A program made the translations under genes and the position numbers. A model generated the notes under the pieces. The model was not told the DNA's origin. It did not search any database and saw only the letters and a list, made by a program, of their open reading frames with translations. From Candidatus Saccharimonadota bacterium (GTDB lineage: Bacteria; Pseudomonadota; Alphaproteobacteria; CAJXXZ01; 1604HC), in contig NZ_CP043314.1 of the NCBI RefSeq assembly GCF_008189525.1, forward strand, positions 60,001-92,000: DNA of 32,000 nt. The letters run 5' to 3'. Positions 25,268 to 32,000 of this stretch are shown piece after piece; position 1 is the stretch's first letter, and each line of letters opens with the position of its first letter.

Positions 25268-25956
25268 GTATCGAAAGAAAAAGATATGGCTTTATAGCTA
25301 TAAAGCAAGGTATGACACAAATAGCAGTAGACAGTGAGAGTAATGTACCAGATTATGTTGCTGGAACTCTTTTATGGATTCAAGATACTATTGTTGTAGA
25401 TAAGAAAACAAAAGATAGAGATGGTTATGAATCTTTAATTTTAGGTGTTGGAAGATCCAAGGAGAAAAATTGGAATAATCCTCAACTTAAAATGTTCGAA
25501 GGACTTGATTTTATTCCTAAATACATGAAGGAATTTAAGTTTGAAAATATAGATAATTTTTCAAAAGGGCAATTTGTTGATGTAGAAGATTTTTTGAAAA
25601 TAGGATCTTTAGTTGATATACAAGGAAAAACTTTAGGAAAAGGTTTTTCTGGTGGAATGAAAAGACATGGTTTTGCAGGATTAAGAGCAACACACGGTGT
25701 TTCAAAAGCGCATAGAAGTTGTGGTTCTACTGGTTCTAGAAAACCTGGCAGAGTATTTAAAGGAAAGAAAATGCCTGGTAGATATGGAAACGAAACAGTT
25801 ACATGTCAAAACTTAGAAGTTTTATATATTTCTAAAGAAAAATTGTTTGAGAAATTTAATGGTTCTTTGATCTTGGTAAAAGGAGCAGTTCCTGGATATA
25901 AGGGAAGTGCTTGTAATATATATAGTTCTTTTGATCCTAAAGGAGGTGTTTCTTGA
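25264..25956 (+). CDS. rplC: 50S ribosomal protein L3
   Basis: 230 aa with GKTLGKGFSGGMKRHGF.G..ATHGVSKAHRS.GSTGS...PGRVFKGKKMPGRYG. An ATGA overlap links it to rpsJ. Confidence 0.97.
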   Translation: MSIERKRYGFIAIKQGMTQIAVDSESNVPDYVAGTLLWIQDTIVVDKKTKDRDGYESLILGVGRSKEKNWNNPQLKMFEGLDFIPKYMKEFKFENIDNFSKGQFVDVEDFLKIGSLVDIQGKTLGKGFSGGMKRHGFAGLRATHGVSKAHRSCGSTGSRKPGRVFKGKKMPGRYGNETVTCQNLEVLYISKEKLFEKFNGSLILVKGAVPGYKGSACNIYSSFDPKGGVS

Positions 25957-26588
25957 ATCTAAAAATTAATGTACATTCTTGGAATCTTGAAAAAACTGAA
26001 GAAATATCTATTTCTGATGCTGTGTTCGGCTTAGAAGATAACAGTTCTTTGATTTATGAAATTGTAAGATGGAGTCTGATGAAAAAAAGGCAAGGAACAG
26101 CTTGTACAAAAGGTGTTTCTGAAGTTAGTGGATCCACAAAAAAGAAGCATCCTCAGAAAGAATCTGGAAAATCTAGAATTGGTGATGGAAGAGAGCCAGG
26201 TAATAGAGGTGGAGGAGTTTCTGGGGGTCCAAAGCCTAGAGATCACTCTTTCAAGATGAATAAAAAACAAAGAATGAAAGCTAAATTTATATCACTATCA
26301 CAAAAGTATAGAAATAATCTTTTGTTTGTTGTCGATGGAGATTTAAGCGTTAAGAAAACTTCTGAAATGAAAAAGATTTTCGAGAGCTTAAAAGAAATAA
26401 ATAAGAGTAAAAAAGTTTTGTTTGTTTACAGTGACATTGATAGCTCTGTTAAAAATGCTGCTTCAAACTTAGTTGGGTTTAATGTTTTGGACTTTAAAGG
26501 TTTGAATGCTTTAGATGTTTTGAAAAACGATTTGTTGATAATGGATAAGAAATCTATCAACACTTTGAATGAAAGGTTAGAAAAATGA
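25953..26588 (+). CDS. rplD: 50S ribosomal protein L4
   Basis: 211 aa with RQGTA.TK..SEVSGSTKK...QK.SG.SR.G and GGGV..GPKPRD. It holds the canonical position. Confidence 0.95.
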   Translation: MNLKINVHSWNLEKTEEISISDAVFGLEDNSSLIYEIVRWSLMKKRQGTACTKGVSEVSGSTKKKHPQKESGKSRIGDGREPGNRGGGVSGGPKPRDHSFKMNKKQRMKAKFISLSQKYRNNLLFVVDGDLSVKKTSEMKKIFESLKEINKSKKVLFVYSDIDSSVKNAASNLVGFNVLDFKGLNALDVLKNDLLIMDKKSINTLNERLEK

Positions 26589-26911
26589 GTGATAATAACA
26601 ACTTAAATGAAAAAGCTTTAGATTTATCTTTTTTTAAGTTTAAGGGTGTATTTTCATCTGAAAAATCTAGCTTTTTATCTAGAACATCATCATATATTGT
26701 TTTGAAGATGATACCATCTACTACAAAAGTAGAAATGAAAGTTATTTTTGAAAGTTTGTTTGGGTTTTCTCCTCAGAAAATAAAATCTACTAACTATAAA
26801 GGTAAGTCAAAAGTTTTCAAGGGAACAAAAGGAACTAGAAAAGCTTGGAAAAAGTTTTTTGTTAAAATAGATAAAGAAAATATGAAGAAATTTGTGGAAG
26901 GTGTTGAATGA
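26585..26911 (+). CDS. rplW: 50S ribosomal protein L23
   Basis: 108 aa in the canonical position between rplD and rplB. It has SEKSS.L......IVLK, the K.E.K..FE.LFG pattern, and KAWKKFFVK. The protein is divergent. Confidence 0.88.
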   Translation: MSDNNNLNEKALDLSFFKFKGVFSSEKSSFLSRTSSYIVLKMIPSTTKVEMKVIFESLFGFSPQKIKSTNYKGKSKVFKGTKGTRKAWKKFFVKIDKENMKKFVEGVE

Positions 26912-27732
26912 ACTTAAAAGTTTATAAGCCATCAACTCCTAGCTCTAGACATACTAAGATTGTAGACAAAAGAAGTCTTTGGTCAGGAAAGCCTGAGAAA
27001 AGCTTAGTAAAAGGTGTCAAAAAGACAGGTGGTAGAAACTCTGATGGTAGAATTACTTCTAGACACATTGGTGGTGGAAGTAGAAAAATAATTAGAAATG
27101 TTGAATTTTATCCTGCAAAACTTGTTGGGTTAAGTGGAACAGTAGAAAGAATAGAGTATGATCCAGGTAGGACTGCTTTTATTGCTTTGGTGAAATTTAG
27201 CGATGAAAAGTTAAGATACATAGTTGCTCCTGAATCTGTAAAAATTGGAGACACTATAGAATGCAATGAAAAATCCCCTGTTTCTCCAGGAAATATTATG
27301 ACTTTGAAAAATGTTCCATATGGTACTATAGTTCATAACGTTGAGTTTTTCCCAGGACAAGGAGCTAAGATAGGTAGATCAGCTGGATCTGAAGTTTCTG
27401 TTTTAGGTTCTGATGGAGATCATATAGTTCTAAGATTAAAATCAGGAGAAATCAGAAAATTCGATTCTAGATGTTTTTGCAGCATAGGTCAGGTTTCCAA
27501 TCTAGACAATAAAAATGTTTCTTTAGGTAAAGCTGGTAGAAAAAGATGGAAAGGCATCAGACCAAGTGTTAGAGGAGTTGCCATGAACCCTGTAGATCAC
27601 CCTCATGGTGGTGGTGAAGGTAAAACTTCTGGAGGTAGGCACCCAGTCTCTCCATGGGGTCAGAACGCTAAAGGTCTTAAAACAAGAAAGAAAAGTAAGA
27701 AAAATAAAATGATAGTTAGGAGAAGAGCATGA
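26908..27732 (+). CDS. rplB: 50S ribosomal protein L2
   Basis: 274 aa with TGGRN..GRITSRH.GGG, ERIEYDPGRTAFIALV, and RGVAMNPVDHPHGGGEGKTSGGRHPVSPWG. Confidence 0.99.
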   Translation: MNLKVYKPSTPSSRHTKIVDKRSLWSGKPEKSLVKGVKKTGGRNSDGRITSRHIGGGSRKIIRNVEFYPAKLVGLSGTVERIEYDPGRTAFIALVKFSDEKLRYIVAPESVKIGDTIECNEKSPVSPGNIMTLKNVPYGTIVHNVEFFPGQGAKIGRSAGSEVSVLGSDGDHIVLRLKSGEIRKFDSRCFCSIGQVSNLDNKNVSLGKAGRKRWKGIRPSVRGVAMNPVDHPHGGGEGKTSGGRHPVSPWGQNAKGLKTRKKSKKNKMIVRRRA

Positions 27733-28064
27733 GTTTATTAACTGAAGAAAAAAAGAAAATAATTCAGAGAAGATTGTCTATTTCTTTAAGAGATACAGTT
27801 CCTGTAAAACCTCCTTTTATAAAACATTGTGTTATAAAGAAGATAGAAAGTAGTATTTCAAATAATTCTAAGAAACCAATAAAAATTTGGTCTAGGAGTA
27901 GTACTATCCCTCCTAAAGCAGTAGGGCAAACCTTTTTAATACACTCTGGTAAAAAGTTTGTAAGCTTTATTCCTAGAGAAAGTGATGTTGGTCATAAATT
28001 TGGAGAATTTGCTCCAACAAGAACATTTACAGGTCATAGTGGAAATAAGAGGTCATCTAAATGA
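27729..28064 (+). CDS. rpsS: 30S ribosomal protein S19 (possible N-terminal extension)
   Basis: The core reads KPPFIKH......KKPIKIWSRSSTIPPKAVGQTFLIHSGKKFV...VGHKFGEFAPTRTFTGH. The ATG at 27729 overlaps the rplB stop (ATGA). An in-frame TTG at 27774 would give a conventional length. Confidence 0.94.
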   Translation: MSLLTEEKKKIIQRRLSISLRDTVPVKPPFIKHCVIKKIESSISNNSKKPIKIWSRSSTIPPKAVGQTFLIHSGKKFVSFIPRESDVGHKFGEFAPTRTFTGHSGNKRSSK

Positions 28065-28402
28065 TTAATAAAGAAATAATATCTTATGCAAAATCTAGCA
28101 TGCATGGGAAAGCGTTCAAATTATCTTTAATAGCCAAAAGAGTTAGAAGAGGAAATGCGAACTTAGCTTCTGCAAGGCTTGCATATTATCCTGGGAAGTA
28201 TGCTTTAGCACTAAAGAAAACAATTGATTCTGCTGTTGCAAATGCAAAACAAAAAGGTGCAAGTTCTGATTTGATTATAGATTCTATAGATGTTGGTATA
28301 GGAACTTATGCAAAAAGAATAGAAATAAAAGGTAGAGGTAGAGTGGGTAGTAAATACAAAGCTCACTGTAATTTTATTGTTAGATTGGTGGAATCAAAAT
28401 GA
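28061..28402 (+). CDS. rplV: 50S ribosomal protein L22
   Basis: 113 aa in the canonical position. It has K...IA..VRRGNANLA...L, S..ANA, a C-terminal K..RIEIKGRGRVGSKYKAHCNFIV, and an L22-like beta-hairpin region. Confidence 0.92.
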   Translation: MINKEIISYAKSSMHGKAFKLSLIAKRVRRGNANLASARLAYYPGKYALALKKTIDSAVANAKQKGASSDLIIDSIDVGIGTYAKRIEIKGRGRVGSKYKAHCNFIVRLVESK

Positions 28403-28456
28403 TCTTGATTTGTAGCTCTAATAGCTTTAAAATGACTTCAATGTCTAGGAGAAAAA

Positions 28457-29086
28457 ATGGGAAATAAATCACCTTGGTTTAGAATAAGAAGTGGGAGTTT
28501 TTTATCTCAATGGTATCCTTCTAAGAAATCTGCAGATTATGTTGTTTCAGATTATAAGATAAGAAGTCTTATTTTAAAAAACAAATACTGGGAAGTTTCT
28601 GAAATTTTTATTAGTAGAGTAGAATCAAAAATAAACATAGATATCAGATCAGCAAAACCTGGATCTATAATAGGAAAACAAGGTTCTTCTTTATCTGTAC
28701 TTAAGGATAAAATATCGAATATTTTTGATAAAAAATTTGATATTTCTATACAAGTTACTCCTGTTAAAGATTCTGAAAAAGATGCTCAGATTATAGCTTC
28801 TAGAATTGCTTCAGAAATGGAAAAAAGAAGAAGCTATAAAGCTGCTGCTAAAAGAGCTGTACAGGATGCTTTGAGATCCAGTAAAGGTATAAAGATAAAA
28901 TGCTCTGGTCGTCTTGGAGGTGCTGAAATTGCTAGAGATTTCAAGCTTTCTTCTGGTAGTGTTCCTGCTAATACAATTAGAGCAGATATAAGATATGGAT
29001 TTGCTGAGGCAAACACTAACTCTGGAAAATGTGGAGTTAAGGTTTGGGTTAACCTTGGACTAGAGGAGAAGAAAAATGTTTCCTAG
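28457..29086 (+). CDS. rpsC: 30S ribosomal protein S3
   Basis: 209 aa. It has the MGNK start, the KH-domain GKQGSSLSVLKDKI, then RRSYKAAAKRAVQDALRS, GIKIKCSGRLGGAEIAR and G.VPANTIRADI.YGFAEA.T..G..GVKVW. Confidence 0.96.
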   Translation: MGNKSPWFRIRSGSFLSQWYPSKKSADYVVSDYKIRSLILKNKYWEVSEIFISRVESKINIDIRSAKPGSIIGKQGSSLSVLKDKISNIFDKKFDISIQVTPVKDSEKDAQIIASRIASEMEKRRSYKAAAKRAVQDALRSSKGIKIKCSGRLGGAEIARDFKLSSGSVPANTIRADIRYGFAEANTNSGKCGVKVWVNLGLEEKKNVS

Positions 29087-29507
29087 TAAGACTAAGTATA
29101 AATACCATTTTGAGATGGTTCCTAAAGGAAATGCACAAAGAGGATTTGTTCCTGTTGGTGAGTTTGCTTTAAAAGCATTAGAGCCAGGAAGAATCACTAC
29201 AAGACAAATAGAAGCTTGTCGTAGTGCAATTAGAAGAGAAATGAAACGTGCTGGACAGCTTGTTATAAGAATTTTTCCTCACTTTCCTATAAGTGGAAAG
29301 CCTTCTGAAGTTCGAATGGGTAGTGGTAAGGGAGCAGTCAATAAATGGGTTGCTAAAGTTAGGCCTGGAACTATTATATTCGAAGTTTCTGGTGTTGAAG
29401 AATCAATTGCCAGAAAATCTCTAAAGTTAGCTTCTGACAAGCTGGGAATAAAGACGACATTTGTTGCAAGAGGTCGTTTCTCTACTTACAAAATCGACCC
29501 TAGTTGA
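29076..29507 (+). CDS. rplP: 50S ribosomal protein L16
   Basis: 143 aa with GEFALKALEPGRITTRQIEACRSAIRREMKR.G...IRIFP..P...KPSEVRMGSGKGAV..WVAKVRPGTIIFEV.GV. Confidence 0.96.
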   Translation: MFPSKTKYKYHFEMVPKGNAQRGFVPVGEFALKALEPGRITTRQIEACRSAIRREMKRAGQLVIRIFPHFPISGKPSEVRMGSGKGAVNKWVAKVRPGTIIFEVSGVEESIARKSLKLASDKLGIKTTFVARGRFSTYKIDPS

Positions 29508-29601
29508 TAGCTCTCTTTTAACCCTATTTTTTTTGTTTTTTATTTCAATTTTTCAAAATTTTATATAGATTTGTATCTTTTTTTATAGTAGCATGTACTT
29601 G

Positions 29602-29745
29602 ATGTCTAAAATTATAGAACTTAAAAGTAGTCGTCTTGAACAAAAAATGGCATTTCTTTCTGGACAGCAAAAAAACACGTCCAAGCTTAGAGCTTTAAGA
29701 AGAAAGATTGCGAAACTTTTGTCAGAAGAGGTGAAGAATGTCTAA
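29602..29745 (+). CDS. rpmC: 50S ribosomal protein L29, unusually short (47 aa, or 50 aa from the ATG at 29593)
   Basis: This ORF is below the ORF-track size cutoff. My own translation is MSKIIELKSSRLEQKMAFLSGQQKNTSKLRALRRKIAKLLSEEVKNV*. It matches the L29 ends (ELK.., GQ......L...RR.IA...T/LL.E). It sits in the canonical slot between rplP and rpsQ, and its stop overlaps the rpsQ start by 8 nt. Confidence 0.7.
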   Translation: MSKIIELKSSRLEQKMAFLSGQQKNTSKLRALRRKIAKLLSEEVKNV

Positions 29746-29974
29746 AATGCTAAAAGGAAAAATTATTTCCAAGCCTTCTTTAAAAACCATAAAGGTTTCT
29801 GTGCTTAGAAATTACACACACCCTGTTTATGGTAAAAAAATCAAACTAAGTAAAAAATATTTGGTTCATGATGAAAATGAAGAGTATTCTGTTGGAGAGG
29901 ATGTTACTATACATTCTTGTGCTCCTGTTTCTAAAAGAAAAAAGTACTGTGTAAGAGGTAAAGATGCTTCCTAA
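29738..29974 (+). CDS. rpsQ: 30S ribosomal protein S17
   Basis: 78 aa with KGKIISKPSLKTIKVSV.R...HPVYGK.IK.SKKY.VHDEN.EY.VGD.V.I....P.SK.K. Confidence 0.95.
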   Translation: MSKMLKGKIISKPSLKTIKVSVLRNYTHPVYGKKIKLSKKYLVHDENEEYSVGEDVTIHSCAPVSKRKKYCVRGKDAS

Positions 29975-30329
29975 AGGTGCTAGATTAAAAGTAGCTGATA
30001 ATTCAGGTGCTAAAGAAGTTGAGTGCATAGGTCTTCCCTCTTCTAAAAAGCATGGTGCTTCAGTAGGAGATGTTATTAGAATCTCTGTAAAAAAAGCAAA
30101 CCCTCAAGCTAAATTAGTTTCTAAAGGTAAGGTGTGTCATGGTGTTGTGGTCAGTACAGCTTCTCATATGAGACAAAAAGGTGGAATAATGTCTAAATCT
30201 GATTCCAATTTTATTGTTTTAGTAGATGAAAAAGGTGAAATGATCGGTAATAGAGTTTTGAACCCTGTATCTAGGATTATAAAAGATAAATATCCTAAAA
30301 TTGTTTCTTTAGCTCCGGAGGTGTTTTAA
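29964..30329 (+). CDS. rplN: 50S ribosomal protein L14
   Basis: 121 aa with LKVADNSGAKEVECIG, GDVI..SVKKA.P, VVVST, and D.N..VL. Confidence 0.97.
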   Translation: MLPKGARLKVADNSGAKEVECIGLPSSKKHGASVGDVIRISVKKANPQAKLVSKGKVCHGVVVSTASHMRQKGGIMSKSDSNFIVLVDEKGEMIGNRVLNPVSRIIKDKYPKIVSLAPEVF

Positions 30330-30670
30330 TGAAAAAAAATAAGAATTTTGATATGAATACACCTAAATTTAAAATAAAAAAAGGTGATATAGTTATGGTT
30401 ATCTCTGGTAAGAATAAAGGTTCTATAGGTCCTATTACTAAAATGTTTCCAAAAGAATGTAAAGCTTTAGTAGAAAACATTAACACTGTAAAGGTTCATC
30501 AAAAGCCTTCTCAAGGACAGCCAGGATCTATTGTTGAAAAAACAATGCCTATTCATATATCCAACTTATCTCATGTAGAATCTGGTAAGCCTGCGAAAGT
30601 TTGCTATAAGATTGATGGAGAAGAAAAAACTCTTGTTTTTAAGAAAAGTGGTAAGAAGGTTAGAGTATGA
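30329..30670 (+). CDS. rplX: 50S ribosomal protein L24
   Basis: 113 aa with the KOW motif IKKGDIVMVISGKNKG, then VENIN.VK.H.KPSQ..PG.IVEK..PIH.SN. Confidence 0.94.
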   Translation: MKKNKNFDMNTPKFKIKKGDIVMVISGKNKGSIGPITKMFPKECKALVENINTVKVHQKPSQGQPGSIVEKTMPIHISNLSHVESGKPAKVCYKIDGEEKTLVFKKSGKKVRV

Positions 30671-31245
30671 GCGAATTTAAGCAAAAATTTAATACAGAAA
30701 TTAGGCCAGTTCTGAGAAATATTATGAAATTAGATAATATTCTTGCTGTGCCTACTTTGGAAAAAGTTGTTTTGAGTGCTAGCTTTGGTAGAAGCATGAA
30801 GGATTCTGCTAATATGAACTTTATATTTAAAGAAATGAAGATGATATCTGGTCAGGTTCCAGTTATAGCTAAAGCTAAAAAATCTGTATCTAGTTTCTCT
30901 GTAAGAGAGGGAATGGATTCATCAGCTTTTGTTACTTTGAGATCAGATAGAATGTTTGATTTCATATATGAATTTGTAAACATAACATTGCCAAGAGTTG
31001 TGGGTTTTGAAGGATTGTCATCTAAATCTTTTGATGGACAAGGTAATTATAACTTTGGATTAAAAGATCATTTGCCTTTTATAGAATCTACAGAAACTGG
31101 ATTTACATTTGGTATGAATGTAGCAATAGTTACAACAGCTGATACTGATTATAATTCAAAAATTCTTATGCAAGCTTTGAACTTTCCTTTCAAAGGAGAA
31201 GTGAATGATGTTATTAAGAAAGTTAAAGGAGGGGTTAATGGCTAG
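30667..31245 (+). CDS. rplE: 50S ribosomal protein L5
   Basis: 192 aa with P.LEKVVLS...G, ISGQ.PVI.KAKKSVS.F.VREGM, LP.V..F.GLS.KSFDG.GNYNFGLKD...F.E. Confidence 0.96.
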   Translation: MSEFKQKFNTEIRPVLRNIMKLDNILAVPTLEKVVLSASFGRSMKDSANMNFIFKEMKMISGQVPVIAKAKKSVSSFSVREGMDSSAFVTLRSDRMFDFIYEFVNITLPRVVGFEGLSSKSFDGQGNYNFGLKDHLPFIESTETGFTFGMNVAIVTTADTDYNSKILMQALNFPFKGEVNDVIKKVKGGVNG

Positions 31246-31543
31246 TATAGGAATTGTTAACCGAAATAAAAAAAGAGTTGAAATGGAAAAAAAATATAGA
31301 GACAGAAGGAATAAGCTTAAATCTATAATGAAAAGCAAAACTGTCTCTATGAAGGAAAAGGTTGAGGCTGCTAGGAAGCTTAATTCTTTGCCTGTTAAAA
31401 GTTTTTCTACAAGAACTGCACTAAGGTGTGAAATCACTGGAAGACCTAGAGCTATTGTTAAGCAATTTGGTTTGTGTAGAATTAAGTTTAGAGAATTCGC
31501 TCTGGCAGGATACCTTCCAGGGATTAAGAAAGCTAGTTGGTGA
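31238..31543 (+). CDS. rpsN: 30S ribosomal protein S14 (long, non-zinc type)
   Basis: MASIGIVNRNKKR......Y...R..LK ... RCEITGRPRA....FGLCRIKFRE.ALAG.LPGIKKASW. The ATG at 31238 is preceded by AAGGAGGGG. The ORF-track start at 31205 is rejected. Confidence 0.95.
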   Translation: MASIGIVNRNKKRVEMEKKYRDRRNKLKSIMKSKTVSMKEKVEAARKLNSLPVKSFSTRTALRCEITGRPRAIVKQFGLCRIKFREFALAGYLPGIKKASW

Positions 31544-31552
31544 GGTTTAATT

Positions 31553-31942
31553 ATGATTAATGATAGAATTTCAGATTCTTTTTCTAGAGTTAGAAATGCA
31601 CTTTTGGTTGGAAAGAAGCATGTTTCTGTATTAAACTCTGCAATAGTTAAATCTGTCTTCAAGGTTATACAAGAAGAAGGTTTTATTGAGGATATAAAGG
31701 AAAATAGCGATAGAGAGCTTTTGATAAAATTAAAATATGATAAAAAAGGTATCCCTGTAATAAGAGGTATAAGTAGAATTTCAAAATCTTCTAAAAGAGT
31801 TTACTATAAATGTAAGGACTTTGATGGAATGAGAAGAAAAGATTTTTCTATGTTCATTGTAACAACTTCAGTTGGTGTTATGTCTGACAGAGAAGCGCTA
31901 AGAAGTGGTGTTGGTGGTGAGCTAATTGGGAAGGTGTTTTAG
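31553..31942 (+). CDS. rpsH: 30S ribosomal protein S8
   Basis: 129 aa with DRISD.FSRVRNA, V..V...EGFI.D, I.RISK.S.RVY, V.TTS.GVMSD.EA...GVGGELIG.VF. Confidence 0.96.
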   Translation: MINDRISDSFSRVRNALLVGKKHVSVLNSAIVKSVFKVIQEEGFIEDIKENSDRELLIKLKYDKKGIPVIRGISRISKSSKRVYYKCKDFDGMRRKDFSMFIVTTSVGVMSDREALRSGVGGELIGKVF

Positions 31943-32000
31943 TGTCTATTAATGCTTTAAAGCCTATCAAACTAGAAAAAGAAGTTACTGTCGTTTTGGA
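31942..32000 (+). CDS. rplF: 50S ribosomal protein L6 (5-prime fragment, runs off the window)
   Basis: A GTG at 31942 overlaps the rpsH stop by 1 nt. It translates to VSINALKPIKLEKEVTVVL, which resembles the L6 N-terminus (..PI.iP..V.v). The canonical spc-operon order also fits. Confidence 0.75.
   Translation, partial: MSINALKPIKLEKEVTVVL

Noticed and set aside
25264-31245. Pervasive 1-, 4-, 8- and 11-nt start/stop overlaps (for example ATGA) between consecutive ribosomal protein genes
   Set aside because: This is normal translational coupling in S10/spc operons. It is noted only as support for the start-codon choices.
31156-31662. 168-aa minus-strand ORF running antisense across rplE, rpsN and rpsH
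   Set aside because: It lies entirely within three strongly supported ribosomal protein genes on the opposite strand. The product is low-complexity (L/F/S/I-rich). This is the expected shadow of A-rich sense codons (AAA/GAA/AGA), whose complements lack stop codons.
1-32000. Alternative genetic code (for example TGA read as Trp), which is seen in some reduced genomes
   Set aside because: All conserved genes (recA, fusA, the RND pump, ribosomal proteins) are full length under the standard code. TGA is used as a terminator in several ATGA gene overlaps.
1-32000. CRISPR arrays, IS elements or transposases, integrases, rRNA genes
   Set aside because: There are no regularly spaced repeats and no transposase- or integrase-like ORFs. 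The only direct repeats are two short tandem duplications (1481-1502 and 11486-11529). No rRNA-like conserved blocks were seen.

Overview
Very AT-rich window (about 30% GC by eye, not computed). It is read with the standard bacterial code, because every conserved gene is intact under code 11. It looks like the chromosome of a genome-reduced alphaproteobacterial endosymbiont of Rickettsiales or Holosporales type. Three things support this: an alpha-type F0 operon (a, c, b-prime, b), an adrenodoxin-type ferredoxin, and fusA running straight into rpsJ with no tuf. Content is almost all core housekeeping. Left to right: a YqgE/AlgH-like gene, two adjacent tRNA-Arg genes, atpB-atpE-b-prime-b, yebC-ruvC, rplM-rpsI, recA, a soluble hybrid histidine kinase, a HAD phosphatase, a 2Fe-2S ferredoxin and gpsA. 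Then come a short orphan gp25/TssE-like gene, a second HAD hydrolase, a BI-1/YccA membrane protein and an RND efflux adaptor plus pump. The rest is one long same-strand translation block: rpsP-rimM, a gap, trmD-rplS, rpsL-rpsG-fusA, and the S10/spc genes through the start of rplF. I found no CRISPR array, rRNA, transposase or clear prophage, and no convincing multi-gene novel system. The best lead is the isolated contractile-injection baseplate-like gene at 12661-13032. Secondary observations are three long non-coding spacers (0.7-1.1 kb), unusual residues at the streptomycin-resistance hotspots of S12 and in the ATP synthase c-subunit loop, a shortened L29, and low-complexity segments inside gpsA and rimM. 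All family assignments rest on motif recognition from the translations. No searches were run.
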